64,000 nucleotides of DNA from Methylophilales bacterium BACL14 MAG-120910-bin43 (lineage in GTDB: Bacteria > Pseudomonadota > Gammaproteobacteria > Burkholderiales > Methylophilaceae): NCBI GenBank assembly GCA_905181685.1, contig CAJIYK010000004.1, forward strand, positions 57,337-121,336, written 5' to 3'. The position numbers and the translations under genes were made by a program. Positions 43,686 through 55,006 of the stretch are shown here, piece by piece. Position 1 is the first letter of the stretch, and every line of letters starts with the position of its first letter. The notes below the pieces were generated by a model that made no database searches, had not been told where the DNA came from, and saw only the letters and a program-made list of their open reading frames with translations.

Positions 43686-44075
43686 ATGTTCACCTTTTCA
43701 AATTTTATGTTGGTAGGGGTAGCGGCAGCCTTTGGTGCTTGGTTAAGGTGGCTGATAACATATTTTTTATCTACTGTTGACCCATCACTGCCTCATGGAA
43801 CACTTGTGGTTAATCTAATAGGTGGGCTATTCATTGGGATATCATTTGCTGCAATACAAAGCACATCTATTGATGTATCTGAAGAAATTAAATTGATCTT
43901 AAATGTAGGTTTTTTAGGTGCTTTCACAACATTCTCAACATATTCCATGGAGCTTCTCAACCTTTTTTTAAAAGGTGAGATAGCTTTAGGAATTTTCTTT
44001 GGCGCCCTAAATGTAATGGGCGCATTACTTTTTTGTTTTATTGGTTGGTACTTATTTAATCTTTTTTTGAAGTAA
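43686..44075 (+). CDS. crcB: Fluoride channel Fluc/CrcB
   Basis: GAWLRW, GTLVVNLIG, GFLGAFTTFST. Confidence 0.95.
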   Translation: MFTFSNFMLVGVAAAFGAWLRWLITYFLSTVDPSLPHGTLVVNLIGGLFIGISFAAIQSTSIDVSEEIKLILNVGFLGAFTTFSTYSMELLNLFLKGEIALGIFFGALNVMGALLFCFIGWYLFNLFLK

Positions 44076-46298
44076 CTTTCGCCTTCTTGGTTTTTGGTGC
44101 AGCCTTGGGTTTTGCTGCTTTCTTTGGCTTTGTTGCTTTAGTTGTTTTAGTCTCCACCATTACTAATTCTTTGGTATCTTTTTTATCTGTTTTTTGTTTT
44201 TGCCAGTCAGCAACTTTTTTTGGGGATGCTTTTTTTGTACTCTCTTTTTTAGGCTCTGAAATAGGCTTACTTGAAGTTTCAACAAGCTTTAAGCCAACAC
44301 TATTTAGATCAACCTTAGGTAATTTCTCAGTTTTCTTCCTTTTTGGTTTAGTTGGAATTGGTTTTTCAGCTAATACCGGTTTTTCTTCAGCCTTAACCTC
44401 GATTGGAGCGGTTTCTTTTAGCGGCTTTTCAGATACATTTTTATCGGAGGATATAGCAGAATTGTTTGTTGTATTATCTTTAGGAAATTTATCCTTATAA
44501 TTAGATTTCCTATTTCGATTATTTCTTCTATTTCGATTATTTCTTTGGCGGTTGTCGGACCTTGAGCTTTTTCTTTCTTCATCAATGGCTTTATCAGAGG
44601 AAGTGTCCTTCTCTAAACTTTCATTCGATACCTCATCATTACTCGGGGTAATTAAATCTTTGATAAACCCAAAGATTGACTTATTCTTTTTGCCTACCTG
44701 ATTTGGTACAACCTGCTTAACTGCTGGCTCGAGTTTTTCTTGTTTTGTCTCTGCTTTATTATTTTTTTCAAGATCTTCTTCAAGCGGTTGCTCTACCACC
44801 TTATAACTAGCTTTACCAGAATTCTGGGCTGATCGTTCTATATGAAATTTAGGTATTTCAAAGTATCTATTTGGGATAACAACAATTGTACATTCCGACT
44901 TCGTTTCAATATCCCTAATATCATTCCTTTTTTCGTTTAGTAAGAGCGTAGCAACTTCTATCGGTAATTGGATTGCGACACTCTGTAACTTCTCTTTGTT
45001 ACATTCTTGTTCAATCATTCTTAGCATTGATAATGCAGTTGATTGAATATCTCTAACGCGACCGGTTCCTTCACATCTAGGGCATACGCCACTAATCGAC
45101 TCACCAAGACTTGGTCTTAGTCTTTGTCTTGAGATTTCAAGTAGACCAAATCGTGAAATTTTATTAGTCTGAATTCTCGCCTTATCATGCTTTAGTTCGT
45201 CACGCATTTTATTTTCAACACTTCTTTGATTTTTTTGATTCTCCATATCAATAAAATCAATCACAATAAGGCCTCCAATATCCCTCAACCTTAATTGCTT
45301 AGAAATTTCTATAGCAGCTTCGATATTAGTATTGAATGCTGTGCTTTCAATATCTCTTCCTTTGGTTGATCTACTGGAGTTAACATCAATTGAAACAAGT
45401 GCTTCTGTATGATCAATTACTATTGCTCCTCCTGAAGGAAGCTGAACCTCTCTTAAGAAGGCAGATTCTATTTGATTTTCGATACCATATTTTGTAAATA
45501 GTGATATTTCTTCATCATAGAATTTAATTCTCTCTGCGTAATTAGGCATTACATGCGACATAAATTGGTGTGCTTGATCAAAGATTGATTGTTTATCAAT
45601 AATAATTTCTTCAATATCTGTATTAAAGTAATCTCGAATTGCTCTAACTACCAAGTTACTTTCTTGATAAATTAAGAATGCCCCAGACTGCGCATCAGCT
45701 GCCCCTGCAATAGCAGCCCATAGCTGTTTAAATAGTCTAAGTCCCATTGAATTTCTTCAACGGATGCTCCGATACCAGCTGTTCTTCCGATAACACTCAT
45801 ACCTTTTTTTACTTTGACTTGCGATAATATTTCTTTAAATTGCGCGCGCTCTTCACCCTCAACTCTCCTTGAGATACCACCACCATCATTATTATTAGGC
45901 ATTAATACAATATATCTTCCAGCGAGTGATAGGTAGGTTGTAAGGGCGGCGCCTTTATTACCCCTTTCATCTTTACTTACCTGAACTACAATTTCCTGAC
46001 CCTCGGACATCACATCCTTAATTGAAATACTTTTTTTTCTAGATTTTTTTGAATATAAATCTGGTGATATTTCTTTGAATGGAAGGAAGCCATGACGGTC
46101 AACACCATAGTTGACAAAAGCCGCTTCTAGGGATGGTTCAATTCGGGTGACTACTGCTTTGTATATATTACTTTTTCGTTGCTCTTGATTTCCTCTTTCA
46201 AAGTCCAGGTCTTCAAGTTTATTTTCATTGATTGTTGCAACTCTTAGCTCCTCAGATTGAGTAGCGTTAAATAGCATTCTTTTCATCTTAATCTCCAA
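44056..46298 (-). CDS. rne: Ribonuclease E; frameshift near 45715-45745
   Basis: [61 protein letters not shown], disordered C-terminal domain. Confidence 0.97.
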
Positions 46299-46633
46299 TT
46301 TAAGTTTGAAGATTTTACATAAAAGAATATAGGTGAAATATAAATAAATACCTGACTCATAACTAGAGTCATGAAACTAATAAAGCTAACTTATTTGGTG
46401 TCCATTTCTTTTTTTATTTACAATATTTTTATATTTAAATTTAATTTCTACTATATTTTTATTAAAATCTTTTTGTGTATCTGCCTCTTTTATATTATTT
46501 TTTAAATAGGTGCGCAGACCAAACCTCGAATTCTTTGTTTATGTATAATTCAGATCATATTCATTATCTTTTGCACTATTGCATAAGAAATCTGAATGTT
46601 TAGTATAAGTTATAATTTAAATGAAAACAAACA

Positions 46634-47597
46634 ATGACCAACTTTATCGAAAAAAAGGTTACTTACAAGCGTGTTGACGAGGGCAGTATTGGTCAAAAAA
46701 TTGATAATTATTTAATTAAAATACTGAAAGGAGTCCCTAAAGGGCACGTATATAAATTATTAAGAACTGGCCAGGTAAGGGTAAATAAAAAAAGAGTTAA
46801 AACTGAGTACAAGCTTTGTCATGGGAGATGAGTTGAGAATTCCTCCCGTTGACTTTAAAGAAAAGATTGCACCCTAAAAGCTTAAAAATTGATAACCATA
46901 CTAAAAAATCAATAACTCAAAATATATTATTTGAAGATGATATTTGATATAATCAATAAACCTCATGGTTTAGCTGTTCATGGCGGCAGTGGTCTTAGTT
47001 TTGGAGTTATTGAGTTAGTTAGACAAATTTATCCCGAATGAAAAATTTCTAGAACTTAGTTCATCGCCTTGATAAAGAGACCTCGGGAGTTCTTATGATT
47101 GCAAAAAAAAGAACGGCTTTGGTAGAACTTCAAAAACAAATAAGAGAGAAAAAGATCCACAAAAAATATATGGTTGCTGTTTCTGGTTTATGGAAAGACA
47201 AACAAAAGACTGTTAATTTAAACCTGGTAAAAACGTCCAACTCAGAGGGGCAAAAAGTAACGTTGTTGATAGTAAAGTAGGGCACACAATTCAAAGGAAT
47301 CAAAGTCTGTTTTTTTCTTAAAAAAGCATTTTCGAAATTTTAGTTTGTTAGATGTAAAATTAATTACTGGTCGTACACACCAAATAAGAGTCCATTTAGC
47401 TCATTTAGGGTTTCCGGTATTAGGGGATCAAAGGTATGGTGACTTCAAGGTGAATAAAGAACTTGAAAGGAATGGATTTAAAAGAATGTTTTTGCATGCT
47501 AGTGAGTATGGAGTCATTCACCCTAAAAGTAGGGAGAAGTTATTTATCTCAGCCCCATTGCCAGAAGGAGTTATCTAGCTTTATTGACCTGAGATAA
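46634..47597 (+). CDS. rluC: 23S rRNA pseudouridine synthase RluC; multiple frameshifts
   Basis: S4 domain GVPKGHVYKLLRTGQVRVN, NKPHGLAVHGGSG, HRLDKETSG, TGRTHQIRVH. Divergent from rne. Confidence 0.93.
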
Positions 47598-47617
47598 GGG
47601 TTGATAAAAATATTTTT

Positions 47618-48274
47618 ATGAAGACACGATTTGAGTTGATTATTTTTGATTGGGATGGGACTTTGTCCGATTCTGTTGGCCTTATTACTGACCTAATGAT
47701 TCAATCTTTTGTGCTTCATAATGTCGAGCCGCCATCAAGAGGCGAGGTAGCAGATATACTTGGCATAAAGTTAAGTGAAGCTTTTAAAATTCTTTTAAAA
47801 GAAAAAAACCAAAATAATAGTGAATTAATTTTAAATTCATATATTGATTTGTATAATCGCAGCCAAAATAAAGTTAAATTATTTGATGGCGTGGAATATG
47901 GTATTAAAGAGTTACATAGATGTGGATATAAGATTGCAATTGCAACGGGCGGAGGTAGAAATTATTTAGAAAGTTGCCTTTCTCAAACTTCCATTAGAAA
48001 TAATATAAGTGTAACCAAAACCTCTGACGATTGCTTTTCAAAACCACACCCACAAATGTGTAAAGAGATTATGGATGAGCTTTTTATTGAGCCTGAAAAA
48101 TCCTTAGTTATTGGTGATTCTATTCATGATTTACAAATGGCAAAAAATGCGAATGTTTCTTCCCTTGCTGCCACTTATGGCGCTCACAATCAAAAGACCT
48201 TATCAGATTATAACCCCATAGGCTATGCGGAAAGCGCAGATATGATTTTTGATTGGATAAGAAAAAATGGGTAA
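47618..48274 (+). CDS. HAD-IA family hydrolase (phosphoglycolate phosphatase-like)
   Basis: FDWDGTLSDS, SKPHP, IGDSIHDL. Confidence 0.9.
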   Translation: MKTRFELIIFDWDGTLSDSVGLITDLMIQSFVLHNVEPPSRGEVADILGIKLSEAFKILLKEKNQNNSELILNSYIDLYNRSQNKVKLFDGVEYGIKELHRCGYKIAIATGGGRNYLESCLSQTSIRNNISVTKTSDDCFSKPHPQMCKEIMDELFIEPEKSLVIGDSIHDLQMAKNANVSSLAATYGAHNQKTLSDYNPIGYAESADMIFDWIRKNG

Positions 48275-48632
48275 CTCTGTTACTATAAGAAAAAACCAAT
48301 TTAAAGAATCTGCAGATACTGTGACATTCGATATACTTTTGCAGGGAGAGAAAAAACAAGGTTTCTTAGTTTGGTTTGAAGGGGTATTTAAGGCATATTT
48401 AAATCAATGCCGACACATGGAGGTTGGTCTCGATTGGCAGCCTAATGATTTTTTTGATGAAGACAAAAAATTTATTATTTGCTCAACGCATGGAGCGTTA
48501 TATTCACCTAAGTCTGGTTTGTGTGTTGCTGGCCCATGTAAAGGACAAAATTTAATCAAGCTAAGTATTTCAGAGAGAAATGAAGATATCGTAATTTTTA
48601 TTGATGAGGAAGGGTGTTTAGAAGATGGCTGA
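48267..48632 (+). CDS. Rieske [2Fe-2S] ferredoxin
   Basis: CRH...CSTHGA, C-terminal GPC. Confidence 0.9.
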   Translation: MGNSVTIRKNQFKESADTVTFDILLQGEKKQGFLVWFEGVFKAYLNQCRHMEVGLDWQPNDFFDEDKKFIICSTHGALYSPKSGLCVAGPCKGQNLIKLSISERNEDIVIFIDEEGCLEDG

Positions 48633-49575
48633 GAATAAAAAAGATAACTGGGAACAAAAAACAATTGAAAAAATTGCATCAAGCTCTCTTATTGAGCAAA
48701 GGCGTTCAAGGCGATGGGGCATTTTTTTTAAACTAATCACTCTTTTATACATTGGAATTATTATTTACGGATTTAATTCAATGTCTCATACAACAATCCC
48801 ATCAAATGAAAAGATAACAGCCCTTGTAAAGCTTGATGGTGTCATTGGCTCAAATCTTGAGGTTAATGCTGATGATGTTATCAATGGTTTGAGAGAGGCT
48901 TATGCCCATCAAGGTACAGAAGCTATTATCTTATCCATAAATAGTCCTGGAGGAAGCCCTGTTCAAGCTGGCATCATCAACGACGAGATTAATAGGTATA
49001 AATTGCTTCACCCTAATATCCCAATCTATGCAGTCGTAGAGGATGTCTGTGCCTCTGGTGGTTATTATATCGCCGCCGCCGCAGACCAAATATTTGTAAA
49101 TAAGGCAAGTATCGTAGGTTCCATCGGTGTTCGTATGGATGGTTTTGGTTTGGAAGAATTGATTAAAAATATTGGTGTCGAACGTCGTTTAATGACCGCG
49201 GGTAAAAATAAAGGTATGTTAGATCCATTCCTGCCAATAGTCCCAGAGCAAGAGGAGTTTGTTCAAAACCTTCTTAACGAAATCCATGATCAATTTATCG
49301 CTGTTGTAAAGAAAGGGAGAGGCGATCGTCTTTCAACAGATGAATCGATATTTTCAGGTTTATTTTGGGATGGAAATTCGGCAATTAAATTAGGATTAGT
49401 GGATAATCTTGGTTCAGTCGGTTCTGTTGCCAGGGACATTGTAGGCAATGAAAATATCGTCGACTTTACAACAAAAGCATCCTTTGGAGAGCGAATAGCT
49501 GAAAGATTTGGTGCGGGTGTTGGGATTTCATTTAGCAATACAGTTTTAAATAAATTTAAAAATAATACTTTATAA
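48625..49575 (+). CDS. sppA: S49 family signal peptide peptidase (SppA-like)
   Basis: INSPGGSP, CASGGYYIA, VGSIGV, AGKNK. Confidence 0.9.
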   Translation: MAENKKDNWEQKTIEKIASSSLIEQRRSRRWGIFFKLITLLYIGIIIYGFNSMSHTTIPSNEKITALVKLDGVIGSNLEVNADDVINGLREAYAHQGTEAIILSINSPGGSPVQAGIINDEINRYKLLHPNIPIYAVVEDVCASGGYYIAAAADQIFVNKASIVGSIGVRMDGFGLEELIKNIGVERRLMTAGKNKGMLDPFLPIVPEQEEFVQNLLNEIHDQFIAVVKKGRGDRLSTDESIFSGLFWDGNSAIKLGLVDNLGSVGSVARDIVGNENIVDFTTKASFGERIAERFGAGVGISFSNTVLNKFKNNTL

Positions 49576-49584
49576 AATAATAGT

Positions 49585-51237
49585 TTAACTATTATTATTA
49601 ATGTATTTAATTAAGTTATTTGTTGATGAATCAAAAGCTTTTGTATCTTTTTTTGATTCGAGCTCGGGTAAAACAAGTTTAGCAATTTGTTTACCGTACT
49701 CCACACCCCACTGATCAAAAGAATTGATGTTCCAAATGATGCCTTGAGTGAAAATTTTATGCTCATATAGTGCAATTAATTTTCCTAAGGCTTTTGGCGT
49801 TAATGATTTAAACAATATTGAATTTGAAGGTCGGTTTCCCTCAAAAGTTCGATGAGAAATTAGTCGTTTGAGGTCAGGGTTATCATCTATTTCATTTTTC
49901 ATCTCACTTTCAACATCATGCTTACTTTTTCCCATCATTAATGATTGTGTTTGCGCAATAAAGTTAGATTGTAAAATATTGTGATGATTATGTTTATCAT
50001 TACCAAGCTTATAATTTGAATTGATTGGCATAATAAAGTCACTTGGGACTATTTCTGTACCTTGGTGCAGAAGTTGATAGAATGCGTGTTGACCATTAGT
50101 GCCTGCTTCCCCCCAAAGAATAGGCCCAGTTTTTTGACATACCTTTTGGTTGTTACGTCCAATGAATTTGCCATTACTCTCCATATCCGCTTGTTGCAGG
50201 TAAGCGGGTAGCTTAGTCAAGCACTGGTCGTAGGGAAGTATTGCATACGTAGAAAAATCAAAGAAATTGATATACCAGACGCCTATAAGCGCCATCATGA
50301 TAGGAATATTTTTCTCTATTGGTTCTGCAATAAAGTGATTATCAGCTTCATGCCCACCTTCTAGAAGCGCTTCAAAATTTTTCATACCGATGAAGATTGC
50401 TATCGATAAACCAATTGATGACCAAAGAGAATATCTCCCACCAACCCAGTCCCATAAAACAAATATATTTTCTGGATGGATTCCAAATTCTATTACCGCT
50501 TCTGAATTACTTGAAATAGCTACAAAATGGTTTTTTATAAATTCATTTTTTTTTGCTTTATCTATAAACCAATCACGAGCAGAGAAGGCGTTGGTCATCG
50601 TTTCTTGTGTTGTGAAGGTTTTAGATGCAATAATAAATAGTGTTGTTTCGGGGTCGCAGACATCAAGAACCTGAGATAAATCTGCCGCATCAACATTTGA
50701 TACAAAATGAGGAGTTATTTCTTTTGAGCCAAATGGCTTAAGAGCACTGCAAACCATTGATGGGCCTAAGTCTGAACCCCCAATACCAATATTAACAATC
50801 GATGTAATTTTTTTGCCACTGTAACCCTTCCAAGAGCCATTTCGTATTTCATCAGATAATTTTCTTATCTTTGAAAGTTCGTCGTTTACGAGCGGCATTA
50901 CATCCTTGCCATCAACCATTATTGGGTTATTTGAACGATTTCTTAACGCTATATGAAGGGCTGAACGATTCTCTGTGAAATTTATTTTTTCTCCAGAAAA
51001 TAATCGTCTACGCCAATTTTCAATATCGGCAGTTCTCGCAAGAGATATTAGTAATTCCTTTGTCTCTTTTGTAATTCGATTTTTCGAATAATCAAATAAA
51101 AAATCATCAAATAAAATATGATTACTCTCAAACCTATCAGTGTCATTCTCAAAAAGATCTTTCATATGAAGATCTTTTATCTTCTTATAATGTTTTTCTA
51201 GCGATTGCCATTCAGGGGTTTTTGTTATTTCTGCCAT
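49585..51237 (-). CDS. pgi: Glucose-6-phosphate isomerase
   Basis: IGIGGSDLGP, ASKTFTTQET, DWVGGRYS, MESNGK, FDQWGVEYGK. Confidence 0.98.
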   Translation of the reverse strand: MAEITKTPEWQSLEKHYKKIKDLHMKDLFENDTDRFESNHILFDDFLFDYSKNRITKETKELLISLARTADIENWRRRLFSGEKINFTENRSALHIALRNRSNNPIMVDGKDVMPLVNDELSKIRKLSDEIRNGSWKGYSGKKITSIVNIGIGGSDLGPSMVCSALKPFGSKEITPHFVSNVDAADLSQVLDVCDPETTLFIIASKTFTTQETMTNAFSARDWFIDKAKKNEFIKNHFVAISSNSEAVIEFGIHPENIFVLWDWVGGRYSLWSSIGLSIAIFIGMKNFEALLEGGHEADNHFIAEPIEKNIPIMMALIGVWYINFFDFSTYAILPYDQCLTKLPAYLQQADMESNGKFIGRNNQKVCQKTGPILWGEAGTNGQHAFYQLLHQGTEIVPSDFIMPINSNYKLGNDKHNHHNILQSNFIAQTQSLMMGKSKHDVESEMKNEIDDNPDLKRLISHRTFEGNRPSNSILFKSLTPKALGKLIALYEHKIFTQGIIWNINSFDQWGVEYGKQIAKLVLPELESKKDTKAFDSSTNNLIKYINNNS

Positions 51238-51294
51238 AGGAGTATTTTTTAATCGTTGGGCAGTATTGTATCAAACTTTATGGAATATTTATTG

Positions 51295-52363
51295 CTAGTT
51301 TTTATGAGCCTGCTCTTTTATTGCCCAATTTATATGTTCTTGAAGCATTGGAGATGCATCATTTAGGCGGTTTTTTAAAGCAGCTATGATGGCTTTTGAT
51401 TTCTTTGCATTTCCTAAACCGATGGCAATATTTCTTGACCATCGCTCATAACCCAATCTCAGTATGGCGCTCCCATTAAATATTTCCTCAAACTTGTCCT
51501 TAGACATTTTAAAGCTCTCCAAAAGAGAAATCTTATGCAAATTATTTCGAATCATAAAGTCATGTTCATTTGTTACTTTGCTGTATTTATTCCATGGGCA
51601 CATTAATTGGCAATCATCACAACCATAGATACGGTTACCGATAGCGTTTCTATATTCAATTGGAATAACGCCTTTGTGTTCGATTGTTAGGTAGGAGATA
51701 CATTTTCTTGCATCGAAGCTTATATGGAGCAACAATTGCCTTTGTAGGACATATATCAATGCATGCTGAGCATGTTCCGCAATGATTAGTCAGTTTTTTA
51801 TCGACAGGCAGGGGTAGGTTGATAAAAATTTCACCTAAAAAGAACCATGACCCATGCTCCTTATTAATTAGCAATGTGTGCTTACCTCGCCAACCTAGAC
51901 CTGATTTTTCTGCAAGCTCCACCTCTAATACGGGTGCGCTATCAGTAAAAACTCTAAATTCTATTGGGTAATTTGTTATTTCATCTTTAATTTTAATGCT
52001 TAGTTTTTTAAGTTTTGCTCTGATAACTTTATGATAGTCCCGACCTAGTGCATATCTAGATATGTATGCTTGATCTTTATTTTTTAGGGCAAGCTTTGTA
52101 TTCTCATCGTTTGGAAAGTAATCAATTCTTGCACTAATTATTCTTATTGTTTTCGGAACTAACTTTTGAGGGTTAAATTTAAGGTCACTATGCCTCTTTA
52201 AATAACTCATATCTCCCTGAAAATTTGAATCTATCCAATTCTGATAGGGTTTTTTGGCATGTTCTAAGTTCAAGTCAGATATACCAATATGATTAAAACC
52301 TAATTCAAGACCAAGAGTTTTAATTTTTTTTGCTATTCTCTTCATGATTAACTGTTCATTCAT
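51295..52363 (-). CDS. queG: Epoxyqueuosine reductase; frameshift near 51720
   Basis: SRYALGRDYH, DSAPVLE, GSWFFLGE, CGTCSACIDICPT, CISYLTIE, YGCDDCQLMCPWN. Confidence 0.95.
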
Positions 52364-52387
52364 AGTTAAAAATAATAAACTAAAAAC

Positions 52388-52852
52388 ATGAAGAAAGAGA
52401 TATCAGTTTTCTTAGAAAACGAAAAAAGCACCTCGGAACTTGGTTTAAAATTATCAGAAAAGCTAACTGCGGGTTTATTGTTATTTCTCAAAGGAGACTT
52501 GGGAGCAGGAAAAACATGTCTTGTGAGGTCAATATTAATGAGTTTAGGCTTCGAGGGAAAAGTTAAAAGCCCATCATATAGTTTGTTTGAACAATACATT
52601 ATTGATGGTAAAACCATCAACCACTTTGATTTATATCGTTTTAAAAGTCCTGAAGAATGGCTTGCTGCAGGGTTTAATGATCATATTAATACGCGTGACA
52701 TTACGATAATAGAGTGGCCTGAAAAGGCACAAAATATTCTATGTGAACCAGATATTGAAATTGAGATTTTATACGATAAAGAAATAAGCAGAAGAGCTCT
52801 AGTAAAAGCAAAATCAAAAAAAGGGGAGATGGTTTGCAAAGATTTAGTTTGA
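52388..52852 (+). CDS. tsaE: t6A biosynthesis ATPase TsaE
   Basis: GDLGAGKT, VKSPSY, HFDLYR, IEWPE. Confidence 0.96.
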   Translation: MKKEISVFLENEKSTSELGLKLSEKLTAGLLLFLKGDLGAGKTCLVRSILMSLGFEGKVKSPSYSLFEQYIIDGKTINHFDLYRFKSPEEWLAAGFNDHINTRDITIIEWPEKAQNILCEPDIEIEILYDKEISRRALVKAKSKKGEMVCKDLV

Positions 52853-54072
52853 GATATTATATTTTATTCGCTTTTCTATCACTTATTTCATTTAATAGTT
52901 TTTCAGCAAACGAAGTAAAGGCTACACGTTTATGGCCTGCCCCTGATTACACTAGAATTACCATTGAATCTTCTTCAAAAATTAACAATGATCAGATGAT
53001 GCTTCAAAACCCTGAGAGAATCGTTATTGATTTGAAAGGAATTGCCGTAAATCAAGTATTAAAAAATTTATCTACAAAGGTAAAGCCTAGTGACCCAAAT
53101 ATTCTAGATATAAGGGTGGGCCAGTTCACCCCAAAAGTATCAAGAATAGTAATTGATCTAAAAAATTCTGCTCGGGTAAAGATATTCTCCTTACCACCAG
53201 TTGCGCCTTATCAAAATAGATTAGTTATTGATGTCTATCCAGTAGAGAAAGATGATTTAGCCAATCTCTTAAATAAACTTGAAAATAAAGAAGTAAAGAA
53301 AAAAGAAGAAATCGAGAAAAAGAAAGATCCAGTAATAAAAGTAAAGCCTAAGGAGAAAAAGAAGGTAATTGTCGCAATTGATGCAGGACATGGTGGAGAG
53401 GATCCTGGAGCAATAGGTAAGTACGGAACAAAAGAGAAAAAAATTGTATTACAAATCACCAAAAGACTTAAGAAATTAATTAACTCTGATCCATCGATGA
53501 AAGCATATTTGATTAGAGATAGTGATTACTATATCCCTTTAAATAAGAGAGTCTCCAAGGCAAGGAAGGTAAAAGCTGATATCTTTATTTCTATTCATGC
53601 GGATGCATTTAGAAAAAGAAATGTAAGTGGTTCATCAGTCTTTGCATTATCAGAAGGGGGTGCAACCAGTGCTTTTGCAAAATTTATTGCAAATAAAGAA
53701 AATGAATCGGATCTAATCGGCGGCGTAAGTATTGATGATAAAGACCCCTTACTTGCGAAAACATTATTAGACCTATCTCAATCAGCCACAATTAACGACA
53801 GCCTCAAGCTTGCTAACTTTGTCCTAAAGGAAATTAAAAAAGTAAATAATCTTCATAAAAAATGGCCGGAACAAGCTGGGTTTGCTGTTCTAAAGGCACC
53901 GGATATACCATCAATCCTTGTTGAAGTTGCATTTCTGAGTAACCCTAAAGAGGAGAAGCAACTTAAAACTGCCAAGTTTCAGAAGAAATTAGCAAAGGCG
54001 ATTTATTTGGGTACTAAAAAATATATAAAATCGGGAGTAACTATTTCCTCGACAAATGACCCAGATAATTGA
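52834..54072 (+). CDS. amiC: N-acetylmuramoyl-L-alanine amidase with AMIN domain
   Basis: RLWPAPDYTR, IDAGHGGEDPGA, SIHADA, VLKAPDIPSILVE. Confidence 0.9.
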   Translation: MQRFSLRYYILFAFLSLISFNSFSANEVKATRLWPAPDYTRITIESSSKINNDQMMLQNPERIVIDLKGIAVNQVLKNLSTKVKPSDPNILDIRVGQFTPKVSRIVIDLKNSARVKIFSLPPVAPYQNRLVIDVYPVEKDDLANLLNKLENKEVKKKEEIEKKKDPVIKVKPKEKKKVIVAIDAGHGGEDPGAIGKYGTKEKKIVLQITKRLKKLINSDPSMKAYLIRDSDYYIPLNKRVSKARKVKADIFISIHADAFRKRNVSGSSVFALSEGGATSAFAKFIANKENESDLIGGVSIDDKDPLLAKTLLDLSQSATINDSLKLANFVLKEIKKVNNLHKKWPEQAGFAVLKAPDIPSILVEVAFLSNPKEEKQLKTAKFQKKLAKAIYLGTKKYIKSGVTISSTNDPDN

Positions 54073-54076
54073 GTAA

Positions 54077-55006
54077 ATGAAAAAAATATTTATCATTGGA
54101 CCAACTGCCTCAGGAAAAACAGAACTAGCAAAGTTTATATTTGATAACTTTAAGACTGAAATAATTAGTGTTGATTCTGCACAAATTTATCAAGATATGA
54201 ACATTGGTTCAGCAAAACCAAGTTCATCAGAGCTGAATAGCTATCCACATCATTTGATAAATTTAATTAAACCAACAGAAAATTACTCAGTTAGCCAGTT
54301 TAAAAAAGATGAATCAATTGTCTCTAGCGAAATATTTAAAAATAAAAATATACCTCTCTTGGTAGGTGGGACAATGCTTTATTTTAATGCTTTGGAGTAT
54401 CCAATTGATGATATGCCTGCATCAAGTGAAGCTGTAAGGAAAAAAGTATCTGAGGAGTTAGAAAAATTTGGATTAAATCATCTTTACGAAAAGCTTCTCA
54501 AGATAGACCCAGAATGTACAAAAATAATAAAACCAAATGATAAACAGAGAGTTATGCGTGCCCTTGAGGTCTATTACTTAAGCGGAAAGCCTATCTCTTC
54601 ATTTCAAACTAGAAATAAAACTCCTCAATCAAAATTTAATTTTTTGAAAATAGGCCTTATGCCACAAGACAGAAGTAGGCTTCACGAAAAAATTGAAATT
54701 AGGGCAAAGGAAATGATAGATAAAGGTTTTTGGGATGAAGTTAAGGGGCTTATAGAGAAATACCCAGATCTCAATGCAGATCATAATTCCATGCGCTGTG
54801 TAGGATATCGACAAGTATTCAACGCTATTGGCAAAAAAGTTGATAAAAGAGAACTTATTGAGTTAATTATTATTGCGACAAGGCAGTTGGCAAAGAGACA
54901 GTTAACCTGGATGAGGGGAATGGATGGATTGAAAATTTTTGATCCATTTGACCTCAACAAGGAAGATGTTATTAAAGAAACAATAGAAAGCTTCTTAAAA
55001 AGTTAA
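54077..55006 (+). CDS. miaA: tRNA dimethylallyltransferase
   Basis: GPTASGKT, SVDSAQIY, IGSAKP, VGGTMLY, TRQLAKRQLTW. Confidence 0.97.
   Translation: MKKIFIIGPTASGKTELAKFIFDNFKTEIISVDSAQIYQDMNIGSAKPSSSELNSYPHHLINLIKPTENYSVSQFKKDESIVSSEIFKNKNIPLLVGGTMLYFNALEYPIDDMPASSEAVRKKVSEELEKFGLNHLYEKLLKIDPECTKIIKPNDKQRVMRALEVYYLSGKPISSFQTRNKTPQSKFNFLKIGLMPQDRSRLHEKIEIRAKEMIDKGFWDEVKGLIEKYPDLNADHNSMRCVGYRQVFNAIGKKVDKRELIELIIIATRQLAKRQLTWMRGMDGLKIFDPFDLNKEDVIKETIESFLKS

Noticed and set aside
44087-44500. 137-aa hydrophobic plus-strand ORF
   Set aside because: Antisense of the Lys-rich RNase E tail (AAA codons read as TTT Phe).
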